This document shows, one piece after another, positions 1-11,679 of a stretch of DNA of 64,000 nucleotides (positions are counted from its first letter, which is position 1; each line of letters begins with the position of its first letter). The notes below the pieces were generated by a model that did not search any database, was not told the DNA's origin, and saw only the letters and a list, made by a program, of their open reading frames with translations. Both the position numbers and the translations under genes were made by a program. The stretch is from Squalus acanthias (Eukaryota). The stretch is taken from positions 22,320,001-22,384,000 of the forward strand of contig CM059441.1 of NCBI GenBank assembly GCA_030390025.1, given 5' to 3'.

Positions 1-225
1 TGATCTAGCGAGATTGAGAAAAGCAGTTATTTGTTGCTTTTTGTTTCAGTACATCTTCAAAGGACGTTAATGATCTATCTGAGCTGACTTTACACCAGTA
101 AACAGTTTTCAGCTTTCCGGCCAGCCGAGAGTTTTTGCGTTTTAAGTTTGTGCCAAACAGCTGAGAAGCGATGTCACTTCAAAAAAAAAAAATGTTAATT
201 TTTTTAATTAAATTTAAAAATGAAG

Positions 226-448
226 CCTTGATTTTTAAAATTCTCATCTTTTTTCAAATCCCTCGCCCCCTCCCTATCTCTGCAATCTCCTCCAGCCCTA
301 TAATCCCCCTCGACCTCCGCACTCAGTCTCTTTGCACCTGCCGTAACATCTCCTTATGTGGCTCGGTGTCAAATTTTTCTTTTATAACACTCCTGTGAAG
401 TGCCTTGGGACGTTTTATTACATTAAAGGCGCTACATAAGTTGTTGTC
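226..448 (+). mobile_element. L2-clade LINE 3' fragment (internally deleted)
   Basis: Tail ctccttatgtggctcggtgtcaaattt...aaaggcgctacataagttgttg is shared with the L2 copies at 51165 and 57852. Confidence 0.75.
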
Positions 449-690
449 ACATGTTTCACAGCGTAAGAAGATAGCTTTTATTTTGAAGTCTGCGTATTGC
501 GAAAGTGAGTGGCGTCTATTTTATGTATTGAGAAGAACAGTGAAGTTTATGATTCCCTGTATTACACTGTATATTGTTCACTTTTATATATTTTTCTGAA
601 ACTCTCTATTGCTTTAGTGCCTGGGCTTCAGTCTGATGGAATATATTCAGTCTGATGTTTAAGGAGAGGAGTTTCACACGGTGGTACGTG

Positions 691-1288
691 ACATAGAAAC
701 ATAGAAAAATAGGAGCAGGAGTAGGCCATTCGAGCCTGCTCCGCCATTCAATATGATCATGGCTGATCCTCTATCTCATTACCATATTCCCGCTCTCTCC
801 CCATACCCCTTGATGCCTTTTGTGTCTAGAAATCTATCTCCTTCTTAAATATATTCAGTGACTTGGCCTCCACAGCCTTCTGTGGTAGAGAATTCCACAG
901 GTTCACCACCCTCTGAGTGAAGAAATTTCTCCTCATCTCAGTGCTAAATGTCCTACCCCGTATACTGAGACTGTGACCCCTCGTTCTAGAGCCCCCAGCC
1001 AGGGGAAACATCCTCCCTGCATCCAGTCTGTCTAGCCCTGTCAGAATTTTATACGTTTCAATGAGATCCCCTCTCATTCTTCTGAACTCTAGTGAATACA
1101 GGCCTAGTTGACCCAATCTCTCCTCATACGACAGTCCTGCCATTCCAGGAATCAGTCTGGTGAACCTTCGCTGCACTCCCTCTATGGCAAGTATATCCAT
1201 TCTTAGGTAAGGAGACCAAAACTGCACACAATACTCCAGGTGTGGTCTCACCAAGGCCCTGTACAACTGTACTAAGACATCCTTGCTG
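691..1288 (-). mobile_element. CR1-clade LINE, 5'-truncated 3' end
   Basis: ORF 826..1320 (-) is the CR1 ORF2 C-terminus (LYRALVRPHLEYCVQFWSP, RRMRGDLIETYKIL, RTRGHSL, FFTQRVVNLWNSLP); (acatagaa)n tail. Confidence 0.95.
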
Positions 1289-1496
1289 TAGTGACAAACT
1301 ACAGTTGCTGGAGTGCACATTCTTGCTATTGTTTACCCATGTATTTGGCCGAAAACTCTACGCTCCGGATTGTAGGGGATGCAAGGTCTGCTTACAGGAC
1401 CTGGTGACTCTGAACCGGAGAAAATATCTAGCGGTAAAAACTCCAAAAACACGACCCTACTACTCTTAACTCATTCTTCCCTAATGACGCTATATA

Positions 1497-1846
1497 GTGT
1501 CGGCCGTGGCTCAGTGGGTGGCACTCTCCCCTCTGAGTCAGAAGGTTGTGGGTTCCAGTCGCACTCTAGAGACTCGAGTACAAAAACCTAGGCAGACACT
1601 CCCAGCGCAGTACTGAGGGAGTGCTGCACTGTTGGAGGTGCCGTCTTTCGGATGAGACGTTAAACCGATTATCTGGTCATTATCACATTGCTGTTTATGG
1701 GAGCTTGCTGTGCGCAAATTGGCTGCCACGTTTCCTACATTTCAACAGTGACTATGCTCCAAAAAGTACTTGATTGGCTGTAAAGCGCTTTGGGACGTCC
1801 TGAAGTCGTGAAAGGCGCTATAGAAATGCAACTCTTTCTTTCTTTT
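1497..1846 (+). mobile_element. tRNA-head DeuSINE (SacSINE1-like), internal deletion
   Basis: A box gtggctcagtgg, degenerate B box; L2-like tail aaaggcgctatagaaatgca + (tctt)n; homologous to more than 15 copies in the window. Confidence 0.85.
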
Positions 1847-2774
1847 TCACAAGACCTTTAAAACTATGTAAACTTCTCGGCTCCCTCAGCCGTCTCATCC
1901 TCCTACAATCAACAGGCTTTTATCACCCAAACTTGGTATCTGCGCTACTCATTTATCTCATCTCATCTGTCCATCTCTGGATGTTCAAGCTTCATTATCC
2001 TGATCATTAGGTGATTTTGCTGTAAGGAGGAAGGGCGACTTTTGGCATCTCACAATGGCCCCTGAGACAACCAGGAACTTGCTTCAGCTCCATTCTGTGG
2101 ATCGAGCTGAAAGTAGCTGCCAAGCTAAAGGAAGTAATTTACTGATCTGAAGGAATTAGTCGCAGCTGGTCTGATGTGACCCATTAGAATTAGGTCTTGT
2201 TGTAGATAATACCTTTTTATTTTCTGCTAATCCGCTGCTCAGAATTAGTTTTGGAGTTTTTTTTAATGTCCGGTTTAAGCTCTGGCGATGGTGCGCATTT
2301 CATTACGTTGGCTTTATCGGTTGAGTTATTCTGGTTCCCAGCTGCCCATCATGACTGGAAACACATGGCTCTGAGATCAATGCTGTACTCACCTGCCCTC
2401 TACAATATATGGCCTTCCAGCAGGGGTCAACAGACAACAACAACTTGCCCTTATATCGCGCCGTAAAACGGCCCAAGGCCCTTCACAGGACTGTGACTGT
2501 CCCACCACTCGGATCTGGATGCAGACCGGATTGAACCTGGAGCATTCCTAATCTGTGTAGCTCGATTCTGCAGCATGGGATGCAGTTCTTGCAGCAAGAA
2601 CTACCAATACATTTATTGCTGAACACAATGATGGGCCTCCATCTGGTTTAGTCTCCCACAGGCCATAGGTTTCCGTTGATCCCCTGAATGCTGCCGATTG
2701 GTGCTGCTTGAACATTCTAATGTGTGTTGCTCTAGAGCAAGACCTTTTGAGTGCCTGTGTAACTTTTCGTTACC

Positions 2775-3011
2775 AGTTACCATTATGGACTCTCCTTCCT
2801 TCTATCCTATCACAGACCTTCCCTTTTGTTCTTTCCTTCCCCCCCACTCCCCACTCCCTTTCCCTGCCCCTACACTTGCTTAAAAACCTGTTACATCTCC
2901 AACTTTTTCCAGTTCTGACGAAGGGTCATCGACCTGAAACATTAACTCTGTTTCTCTCTCCACAGATGCTGCCTGACCTGCTGAGTATTTCCAGCATTTT
3001 CTGTTTTTATT
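2775..3011 (+). mobile_element. Penelope-like element pLTR/3' fragment with hammerhead-like motif
   Basis: Close match to 8240-8440, which follows a GIY-YIG ORF; contains agtt-CTGACGA-agggtcatcgacct-GAAA-catt-aact. Confidence 0.8.
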
Positions 3012-3031
3012 ACCATTATGGACTTGATTGG

Positions 3032-3445
3032 TCATAGAGTCATAACGGCACAGAAGGAGGCCATTCGGCCCATCGAGTCCGTGCCGGCTCTCTGTAGAGC
3101 GATCCAGTCAGTCCCATTCCCCCTGCTCTATCCCCATAGCCCTGCAAGTTTATTTCCCTCAAGTGCCTATCCAGTCTCCCCTTGAAAACATTGAGTGTCT
3201 CCGCTTCCACCACTTCCGTCAGCAGCGAGTTCCAGGTCCTCACCACTCGCTGCATAAAAAAGTTTTTCCTCACATCCCCCCCCGTATCTCTTGCCCAAAA
3301 CCTTAAATCTGTGTCCCCTAGTCCTTGTACCATCAACTAGTGGGAACAGCCTTTCTCCGTCTAGCCTATCCAAACCTGTCAATGTTGTACACCTCTATCA
3401 ATACATTCCACAACCTCCTTTGCTCTAATGAAAACAAATCCAGTA
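3032..3445 (-). mobile_element. CR1 LINE 3' fragment
   Basis: Minus ORFs LDRLDGERLFPL..TRTRGHRFK and FFMQRVVRTWNSL..VVEAETL. Confidence 0.9.
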
Positions 3446-3504
3446 TTGGTACTGTTGACACATTGACTCGAGTGGAATGCTACTTCACTGACTAGACCTC
3501 AGCT

Positions 3505-4030
3505 AGAATATTGTGTCCAATTCTGGGCACCACACTTTAGAAAGGGTGGCAAGGGCTTGGAGAGGGTGCAGGGGAGATTTATTAGACTGGTACCAGGGGT
3601 GAGGGGGTTTCAGTTATCTGGAGAGACTAGAGAAGCTGGGGTTGTTCTCCTTAGAGCAGAGAAGGGTAAAGGGAGATTTAATAGAAGTGTTCAAAATTAT
3701 GAGGGGTTTTGATAGAATAGATAGGGAGAAACTGTTTCCACTGGCAGGAGATTCAGTAACCAGAGGGCACAAATTTAAAAAAAAAACAGGGGGAGACTAG
3801 GAGACTGTTACTTTGTTTTTTTACGCATCGAGTTGTGATCTGGAATGCGCTGCCTGAAAGGGTGGTGGAAGCAGATTCAATAGTAACTTTCAAAAAGGAA
3901 TTGGATAAATACTTGAAAAGGAACAATTTGCAGGGCTATGGGGAAAGGGCAGAGGAGTGGGATAAATTGGAGAGCTCTTTCACAGACACGATGGGCTGAA
4001 TGGCCTCCTTTCCGTGCTGTATGATTCTCT
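3505..4030 (+). mobile_element. CR1 LINE 3' fragment
   Basis: ctagaatattgtgtccaattctgggcacc (LEYCVQFWAP) through the tail gatgggctgaatggcctcc. Confidence 0.9.
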
Positions 4031-4511
4031 GACCTGGTACTCTACGGTGACTTGGGTGTGCGATGATGCAGGTTGCAAGGGAGGCAGTTAGCTATTCTGT
4101 TTTGCTAAATATTTCAGTTGTTTGTGCAATTCGTAGCAGTTTTTGAAGTGAAATGAATGTTGTCACGGAGATAGATAGCACTTTTATTTTGTGTCTCGAA
4201 CTGCTGTTCTTAATTGTATTGCGAGAGCCACTTCCGTTTCTTTCAGATGTAAAGATACTTTGTGCTCGAAAGCGTATCTGTATCCTTGTATAAAATCTAG
4301 TCTTCAATCTTCCCGTTAGATAGAACAGTCAACTTGTTTATTTAAATGTTTTTAATCTTTTTTCCATCGTGTAAAATCAGCTGCCATTTATCCAACTGAA
4401 ATCAATTGAAACCTACAATTGATTGTGAAATAGACACAACTTTTTGCGTGCACTCAAAGCACCTCCATATTTGTGCAAAACTATATTTAATAATTGGATT
4501 CTCCAAATACA

Positions 4512-5025
4512 ACGTGCAAATTGGCTGTCGCGTTTTCTACATTACAACAGTGACTACACTTCAAAAATTACTTTGTTTAAAAAATCATGAAGGGTTTATA
4601 TAGAGTAAATAAAGAGAAACTGTTTCCAATGGCTGAAGGGTCGATAACCAGAGGGCACAGATTTAAGGTGATTGGCAAAAGAATCAGAGGCGACACAGGG
4701 AAAAACTTTTTACGCAACGAGTGGTTAGGATTTGGAATGAACTGCCTGATAGGGCGGTGAAGACAGATTCAATAGCAGCCTTCAAAAGGGAATTGGATAA
4801 ATACTTGAAGGAGAAAAAATTGCAGGGATATGGGGAAAGAGCGGGGGGAGTGGGACTAACTGGATTGCTCTTCGAAAGAGCCGGAGCAGACTCGATGGGC
4901 CGAACGGCCTCCTTCTGTGTTGTGCTATTCTATGATTCTGTGATTTGCTATAAAGTGCCTTGGAACGACCTGAGGTCGTGAAAGGTGCTATATAAATGCA
5001 AATTCTTTGTTTTCTTTCTTTTATA
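4512..5025 (+). mobile_element. DeuSINE 3' half interrupted by a CR1 3' fragment (~4580-4940)
   Basis: SINE sequence stops after cttcaaaaattac and resumes at tgctataaagtgccttgg; ORF 4721..4981 (VRIWNELPDRAV..FKRELDKYL) lies between. Confidence 0.8.
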
Positions 5026-5086
5026 ACAGGTTGCTCTGAATACATGCTAGAATTGTGAATAATATTTCAACTGCAACTTGTAATTT

Positions 5087-5226
5087 TGCTCAGTGTGGTC
5101 CTGTGCCATGCAGACCATCCGGGTCCTGGCTTGAGCTGGCTACTTTCAGCTGGGGCAACTGTAGGAGCACGGCAAATGCTGTCAATGTCCTTGGGCCAGG
5201 GAGGGATTGAGGTTGCTATCCAGTGA
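5087..5226 (+). mobile_element. Old tRNA-SINE (AmnSINE2-like), 5' part; 3' part resumes at ~6098-6170
   Basis: gagctggctactttcagctggggc...cttgggccagggaggg...gctatccagtga is homologous to the 10085 and 18943 copies. Confidence 0.5.
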
Positions 5227-5585
5227 AAAAGAAAGAAAGACTTGCATTTATATAGCGCCTTTCATGACCACTGGACGTCTCAAAGCGCTTTACAGTCAAT
5301 GAAGTACTTTTTGAAGTGTAGTCACTGTTGTAATGTGGGAAACGCGGCAGCCAATTTGCCCGCAACAAGGTCCCACAAACAGCAATGTGATAATGACCCA
5401 GATAATCTGTTTTTGTGATGTTGGTTGAGGGATAAATATTGGCCAGGACACCAGGGATAACTCCCCTGCTCTTCTTTGAAATAGGGCCATGGGATCTTTT
5501 ACAACCACCTGAGAGAGCAGACGGGGCCTCGGTTTAACGTCTCATCAGAAAGACGGCATCTCTGACAGTGCAGCACTCCCTCAGC
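5227..5585 (-). mobile_element. DeuSINE (SacSINE1-like), lacks the head
   Basis: Reverse complement of the SINE body and tail (aagaaagacttgcatttatatagcgcc...gggatcttttac). Confidence 0.9.
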
Positions 5586-5689
5586 TGTGTGTGTGTGACA
5601 GCGTTCAGTTAGACTGATGTTTTCCAAAGCTACATAGCCTACTCGCCACCCTGGATCACATGTGGGGTGTGGCTAGAGATCATGCATGT

Positions 5690-5995
5690 AGTGTAGTTAA
5701 AGCTGGTATCAGTAGAAAGTGACCATGAATCTATTGGATTGTTGTAAAAACTCAACTGGTTCACTGATGTCCTTTTTATGGAATGAAACCTGTTGTCCTT
5801 ACCCGGTCTGGCCGATATGTGACTCCAGTCCCACACCAAAGTGGTTGTCTCTTAACTGTCCCCTGAAGTGGCCTAGTCAGCCTCTCGGTTGTATCAAGAA
5901 GGCCCACCACCTTAAGGCTACTGGAGATGAGTAATAAATGCCAACTTTGCCAGCATCACCCAAATCCCAAGAATAAATAAAAAAAAAAAAAAAAA
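5690..5995 (+). mobile_element. Short retroposon (SINE) sharing its 3' tail with LINE family B
   Basis: Ends aagaaggcccaccacc...taataaatgccaactttgccagcatcacccaaatcccaagaat + poly-A, like the LINE-B tails at ~21960, 38720 and 62260. Confidence 0.65.
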
Positions 5996-6118
5996 TTGGC
6001 CGAGGTACTAGAGGGTTGCCAAAAAATTTGGGTGAGGTACTAGAGGGTTGCCAAAAAATTTGGGTGAGGTACTAGAGGGTTGCCAAAAAATTTGGGTGAG
6101 GTACTAGAGGGTTGCCAA
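5991..6118 (+). repeat. 32-bp minisatellite, ~4 copies
   Basis: Unit gaggtactagagggttgccaaaaaatttgggt starts at 6002, 6034, 6066 and 6098; no spacers. Confidence 0.95.
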
Positions 6119-6889
6119 TACCCATGAAACCATACTTCAGAAATCGCCACCTTCCCGAAGGGAATTCTAAAGGAAAAGCTCTTTCACCCTGTCCCCCAAC
6201 TAGATTCCGACGTGGCCATGTTGGGGAGTTTTGAGATTGGTTGAGTGCTTCCAAAATTCTGCCGTGTTGGTCGAAGGGAATTGGATCAATACTAGAAGGG
6301 GAGAAAGTTGCAGGGCTATGGGGAAACAGCTAGCGGAGGGGTCTAATTGGAGAGCCCTTTCAAAGAGCAGGCACGATGAGCCGAATGGCCTCCTGTGCTG
6401 TAAGATTCTATGATATGATTCTATAGTGCAATGTTAATGCTGCCATAGGCACTAAAGATACTGCACATGAGCTTTTCACACAATACAGCTTCATCAAAAA
6501 ACAAAGATAAATTGATAGTGCCGAGTGTCATCCGAGAACTGGTGTTGTTATTGATCGTGCTGATTATGATCGCCTTCATTTTAGTTATAATGTGTATTAT
6601 GCAACACTTCATGACAATACTGTCCGTTTCAAATGGACATCAGATCTACACAATTCTGTTCTGCTCAATCTGCTCTACAACTGGTGCTCCATGAATTGCA
6701 ATACCTGGGTGTGTAATAACATTAGTGACCGCAATAACATGATGACCTATAGTCACCTTATTGGACCTGCTCCGTTGGGACTCCATTTATTATTGCAGTG
6801 TTATTGGTAAGATCACCTCGTTAGAAGGCTGTGCCCATATCTCCATCCCAAACTTTGCATAACCTATCCAAAGGTCTTTCCATACCATC

Positions 6890-7300
6890 GTGCGAGTATG
6901 CTGTCACCTCTGCCAAAAGTTGAGGGTTGAAGACCCACAGCAGGACATAATCCAGGCTGACACACCAATGCATTACTGAGGAAATGCTGCACTGTTGAGG
7001 GTGAAGTCCATTGGGTGAGGTGTTCAATTGAGTTCCCATCTAATCTGTTCATGTGGACACTAGAGATCCCATCCACTGTTTGGTAAAGGGGCAACAATTC
7101 TTCTGGCGTCCTAGCCAATATTTGTCCTTCATCCAATAACACCAAAAAAAGTGTTAACTGGTCTTCCATTTCATTGCTGTTTTGTGGAGGTTGCTGGTGC
7201 AGAAAGGCTGCCACAGAAGTCATTCGATTCATTGAGCAAAGTGCCTTGAGATATTTTGATTGTGTGATTAGGCACTATATTGGGCGCACTAATTTTTTTT
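6890..7300 (+). mobile_element. Old diverged DeuSINE
   Basis: atccaggctgacac..ctgaggaaatgctgcactg..gagatcccat..gtcctagccaatattt is colinear with the young copies. Confidence 0.7.
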
Positions 7301-7647
7301 TTTCATCCACTGCCCGAACCTTGATATCTGTTCCCCTGACCTTAATGGGGAATGTTCAGGCCTGGCTGTTTAGTTATGGGTTGTGCAGTGTTCCTCCTGA
7401 CTATTAATACTGGCCAGTGCTACAGTGGAGCTTGTTTCATCCCAGCCAAGCTTTGAGTATTCCATCATAGATACTTCTGTAGGCAGCAAGAGTATTGAGG
7501 GATATGGAGAAAAGATGGGTACTGGGATTTAAGAGATGCAGCAGCTGATGAAATGATGGAGGAGCTTTAAGGGGCTGAATGTCCTGCTCTTGTTTCTATC
7601 TCTACCTACATTTTGCCTTGAATGAAAATATTGCATTGATGTGCTTT

Positions 7648-8440
7648 ATTCCCCACGGCACCTTCCCGTGCAAGCGCAGGAGATGCAACACCTGCTCTTT
7701 TACCTCCTCCCTTCCCACTGTCCAGGGCCCCAAACACTCACTCCTTCCAGGTGAAACAGCAATTTACTTGTTGTACTTACAATTTAGTATACTGTATTCG
7801 TTGCTCATGATGCGGTCTCCTCTACACTGGGGAGACCAAACGCAGATTGGATGACCACTTTGCGGAACACCTCCATTCAGTCCGTAAGGGTGACCCTGAG
7901 CTTCCGGTCGCCTGTCACTTTAATTCTCCGCTCCACTCCCACTCTGATCTCACCGTCCTCGGCCTCTTACACTGTTCCAACAAAGCTCAACGTAAGCTCG
8001 AGGGACAGCACCTCCTTTCGATTAGGCACTTTACAGCCTTCTGGACTCAACATCGAGTTCAACAATTTCAGATCATAACCTCGGCCCCTATTTTTTTTTC
8101 TCTCTCACATGGCAGCTGTTGATGATTCTGCCATTGCCATTTGCACCTCATCTAGAGTCATCTTTTGTTTCTTAACTTGTCCCATTACCATCTCCTTTTG
8201 CCTTGCACCATCATCCCGTCTGTCTTTTAATCTCTCTTGCCTTCCATCCTATCACAGACCTTCCCTTTTGTTCTTTCTTCCCCTCCTCCCTTTCTCTGCC
8301 CCTGCACTTGCTTAAAAATCTGTTACTTCTCCAACTTTTTCCAGTTCTGACGAAGGGTCATCGACCCAAAATGTTAACTCTGTTTCTCTCTCCACGATGC
8401 TGACTGACCTGCTGACTGTTTGTTTCCAGCATTTTCTGTT
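7648..8440 (+). mobile_element. Penelope-like element 3' part: GIY-YIG endonuclease (frameshifted) plus pLTR
   Basis: PHGTFPCKRRRCNTC...LLYTGETKRRL.DHFAEHLHSVRK.DPELPVACHFNS...FRLGTLQPSGLNIEF assembled across frames. Confidence 0.9.
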
Positions 8441-8467
8441 GCTTTTTTTCCCTCGTTGGTTTATGTG

Positions 8468-9555
8468 CGGGTGGCAGACAGGAAGCAAAGAGTTGGAATA
8501 AACGGGTCTTTTTCCGAGTGGCAAGCAGTGACTAGTGGGGTACCGCAGGGATCGGTGCTAGGACCCCAGTTATTCACAATATATATTAATGATCTAGACG
8601 AGGGAACTAGATGTAATATCTCCAAGTTTGCAGACAACACAAAGCTGGGTGGGCGTGTGTGCTGTGAGGAGGATGCAGAGAAACTCCAGTATGATTTGGA
8701 CAGGTTGGGTGATTTGGGCAGATGCATGGCAGATGCAGTATAATGTGGATAAATGCGAGGTTATCCACTTTGGTGGCAAAAACAGGAAGACAGATTATTA
8801 TCTGAACGGCAATAGATTGGGAAAAGGGGCAGTGCAACGAGACCTGGGTGTCCTTGTGCACCAGTCGCTGAAGGTAAGCATGCAAGTGCAGCAGGCGGTT
8901 AAGAAGGCAAATGGTATGTTGGCCTTCATAGCGAGAGGATTCGAGTACAGGAGCAAGGATGTCTTGCTGCAGTTGTACAGGGCCTTGGTGAGACCACACC
9001 TTGAGTACTGTGTGCAGTTTTGGTCACCTTATCTGAGGAAGGATGTTCTTGCCATGGAGGGAGTGCAGCAAAGATTCACCAGACTGATACCTGGGATGGC
9101 AGGAATGACTTATGAAGAGAGATTGGGTCGATTAGGCTTCTATTCGCTAGAGTTTAGAAGAATGAGAGGGGATCTCATTGAAACTTATAAAATTCTAACA
9201 GGACTAGACAGACTAGATGCAGGAAGGCTGTTCCCGATGGCGGGGGAGTCCAGAACCAGGGGTCACAGTCTAAGGATAAGGGGTAAGCCATTTAGGACTG
9301 AGATGAGGAATTTCTTCACCCAGAGAGTGGTGAACCTGTGGAATTCTCTACCACACAAGGCAGTTGAGGCCAATTCATTAAATATATTCAAGAAGGAGAT
9401 GGATATATTTCTTAAGGCTAAGGGGATCAAGGGATATGGGGAGAAAGCAGGGACAGGGTACTGAATTTGGATGATCAGCCATGATCGCATTGAATGGCGG
9501 AGCAGGCTCGAGGGGCCGAATGGCCTACTCCTGCTCCTATCTTCTATGTTTCTAT
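8468..9555 (+). mobile_element. CR1 LINE, RT C-terminal half plus 3' UTR
   Basis: [41 protein letters not shown] (FADD mutated to FADN), frameshift into ORF 8628..9464; (ttctatgt)n tail. Confidence 0.97.
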
Positions 9556-10084
9556 GGGTGAAGTATTGGTAGATTTTGGAGCATGATTCATTAAACTCGG
9601 GATTGAGAGGAAACATTTGGAATCTGGTCGTATTAAAAGAGCAACTCAGTGTGGTGCCAAGGTCTCATTGAAAATAATCTCGTTAGTGCGCAGTAATGAA
9701 TTCGGCGATACAGCAACATGTCACTGATTATCTCTGGTGTGAATTTCTTCCCCTCTGCTGAAAGCTACTGAAGTGAATAAATGCATGTTGTAAAAGTTCA
9801 TGCTGCGGCACAGGCAAAATCTGCTGCCTTATTATCAGTGTAGTAACTGGAATATGTGGTCTTAGGACTTGAGAGAGGTAGTGGAAGGTGACTGGCATCA
9901 ACTGCCTGAAAGCTGACCTGTGCATTATGGACGACCCGTTGGATGTGATGAAATGGAGAAGGCCCAAAGCATGATGTGTGTGCTATTGAATTTTTTTTTC
10001 CAAATGTATAATCCTGTACCTTTTTTATCCCCAGAGCATCTATTCTAATCTTGCATATAGGATCAAGAGCTGCTGCTCGGCTCT

Positions 10085-10410
10085 CCCTGTGGCTCAATTG
10101 GGTTTATCGAAGGAATAGCTGACAAGTTCAATCCCCAGTCTGGATTGAGTTAGCAGATCTGCACTAGAGATGTCAATGTGGAAGCTGGAGGTGTCCTCCA
10201 CGTTTCATATTAGGGAGGGGGCAATTGACCAGGGTTCTTGCTCCTTATGGCTATCTAGCATGGTCTGCTGGAACTGCCCCTATGTGGGCATTGGGTGGTG
10301 CCAGGATTGGATTCTGCTGCAATATCCCGACTGTACTCATACTCGCTGGCAAGACTCGCGCGTGGAGCACCACCACCTTGAGTGAGGTACTGGAGGGTGA
10401 CAGACGTGAA
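10085..10410 (+). mobile_element. Old tRNA-SINE (AmnSINE2-like)
   Basis: tgtggctcaattgg head, gttcaatcccc B box, tgagttagcagatct..ttagggagggg..ccagggttc..gagtgaggtactggaggg. Confidence 0.6.
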
Positions 10411-11169
10411 ATTGGAAGCAGTTTTGCTATAACCTTACCTGTGAATGCAGTGGAATTTGTCCTCTTTTTATATTGCTTGGCAGAGCCTACAACACTTGTG
10501 GCAACAAGCTGCTGTGGATGTCTAAGTTTGAACATGCTGGGTTCAAAAGCCATGAATAGCCAATTTCACATCTTGCCGTTGACCCTTAGCCCAACTGTGC
10601 AGGCTACCACTGGGCAAACTGCGACACTGGGCAGCATGGGTGGGCTGAATGGTCCACCTGCCTGGAACCAGAAAAAAATGGCATCTTTGCTGTTCTTGGT
10701 ACAACCTTCAGAATCACCCAGAAAAGCAGAGCGTGAGGTGGGTGTGGCCTTCTCTAGAGATGCAGTCGTAGCCTCATTCACCTTAGCGTTGCCAGTGACA
10801 TTGCAGGAGGATAAAGGCAGCATGCGTGAGATATATAATATATATATTTGGATTGTCTGGAGGGCGGTGGCAGACTGGCACTGACTCGGGTGAGGGGGAA
10901 GGACTGAGTGCCATTGGTTGGAGCGGAGAGATTACCACTTTTTCTTTGAAGTAGTTTCCAATTGTTGCTGTGCAGACAGACCATGGCCATATTAGACATG
11001 AAGTACACCAAATACTTGAACTGCAGGATTCCTTTGGCTAAAGATTACTGAAAAGATTAGACCAATATTGTTAAATCAATACTTTCTAAAAAGAAATGTC
11101 TTTTTTTTCTCTGATCTGCCCTGCCCCAAAAGACCACTTACTCTATCCTACAGGAATCTTGGAAATCTT

Positions 11170-11295
11170 GGAGTTGAAACTCCACTGTGTGCTACGAAGG
11201 AGGCCAAAATGTTACATTAACTAATGAGCGTGGGAATTTTACACAACCCTGTTAACCAATACACTAAAAATAACAGTCAGTGGAATTTCAGCCCC
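11170..11295. mobile_element. MITE with 18-bp TIRs (Harbinger-type termini)
   Basis: Left ggagttgaaactccactg versus reverse complement of right ggggctgaaattccactg (15/18). Confidence 0.65.
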
Positions 11296-11679
11296 TTGGT
11301 GTATGTAAGCTGGACTCAGATTAAATAAAATCTCTGCTGGTTGTAACTCTGTGATTGACCGAGCAATAATATTGTGCTTGCAGGGACTGGAAACGAGTAC
11401 CACAGAAATGAAAAGCCATCACTTAAATAAGCTTCCCGTTAGAAACAAAATTGATTTGAAAGAATGATTCCTGTCTCGGATGGGTGCAAATTCAATAATA
11501 TAGGTTGGTGTCGTTTTGCAGCTTAAATATCGAGCTGACTATTGCCTACGGTAAACAATAACACTTCAAACTGAAGCAGCCTGCTGGGGCTCTGTGCAAT
11601 ATATAAGGCAGTTGATGACACGCATGAGTTTATTGTTTGGGCAGCACTCTCGTTCAGTACGACTGCTGAATAATTCCTT

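Noticed and set aside
1497-1580. tRNA genes at A/B-box sequences (also 12290-12352, 28022, 36540, 49420, 55750, 56915)
   Set aside because: They are SINE heads continuous with SINE bodies; no complete cloverleaf is evident.
5991-6118. 32-bp repeats as a CRISPR array
   Set aside because: Units are directly adjacent with no spacers, there are no cas genes, and the context is vertebrate.
8420-9464. Longest ORF (278 aa) as a host gene or active element
   Set aside because: It is the 5'-truncated, frameshifted CR1 ORF2 C-terminus with the FADD motif mutated.
10225-10884. 219-aa ORF
   Set aside because: Starts inside an old SINE, has no recognisable domain and no convincing splice context.
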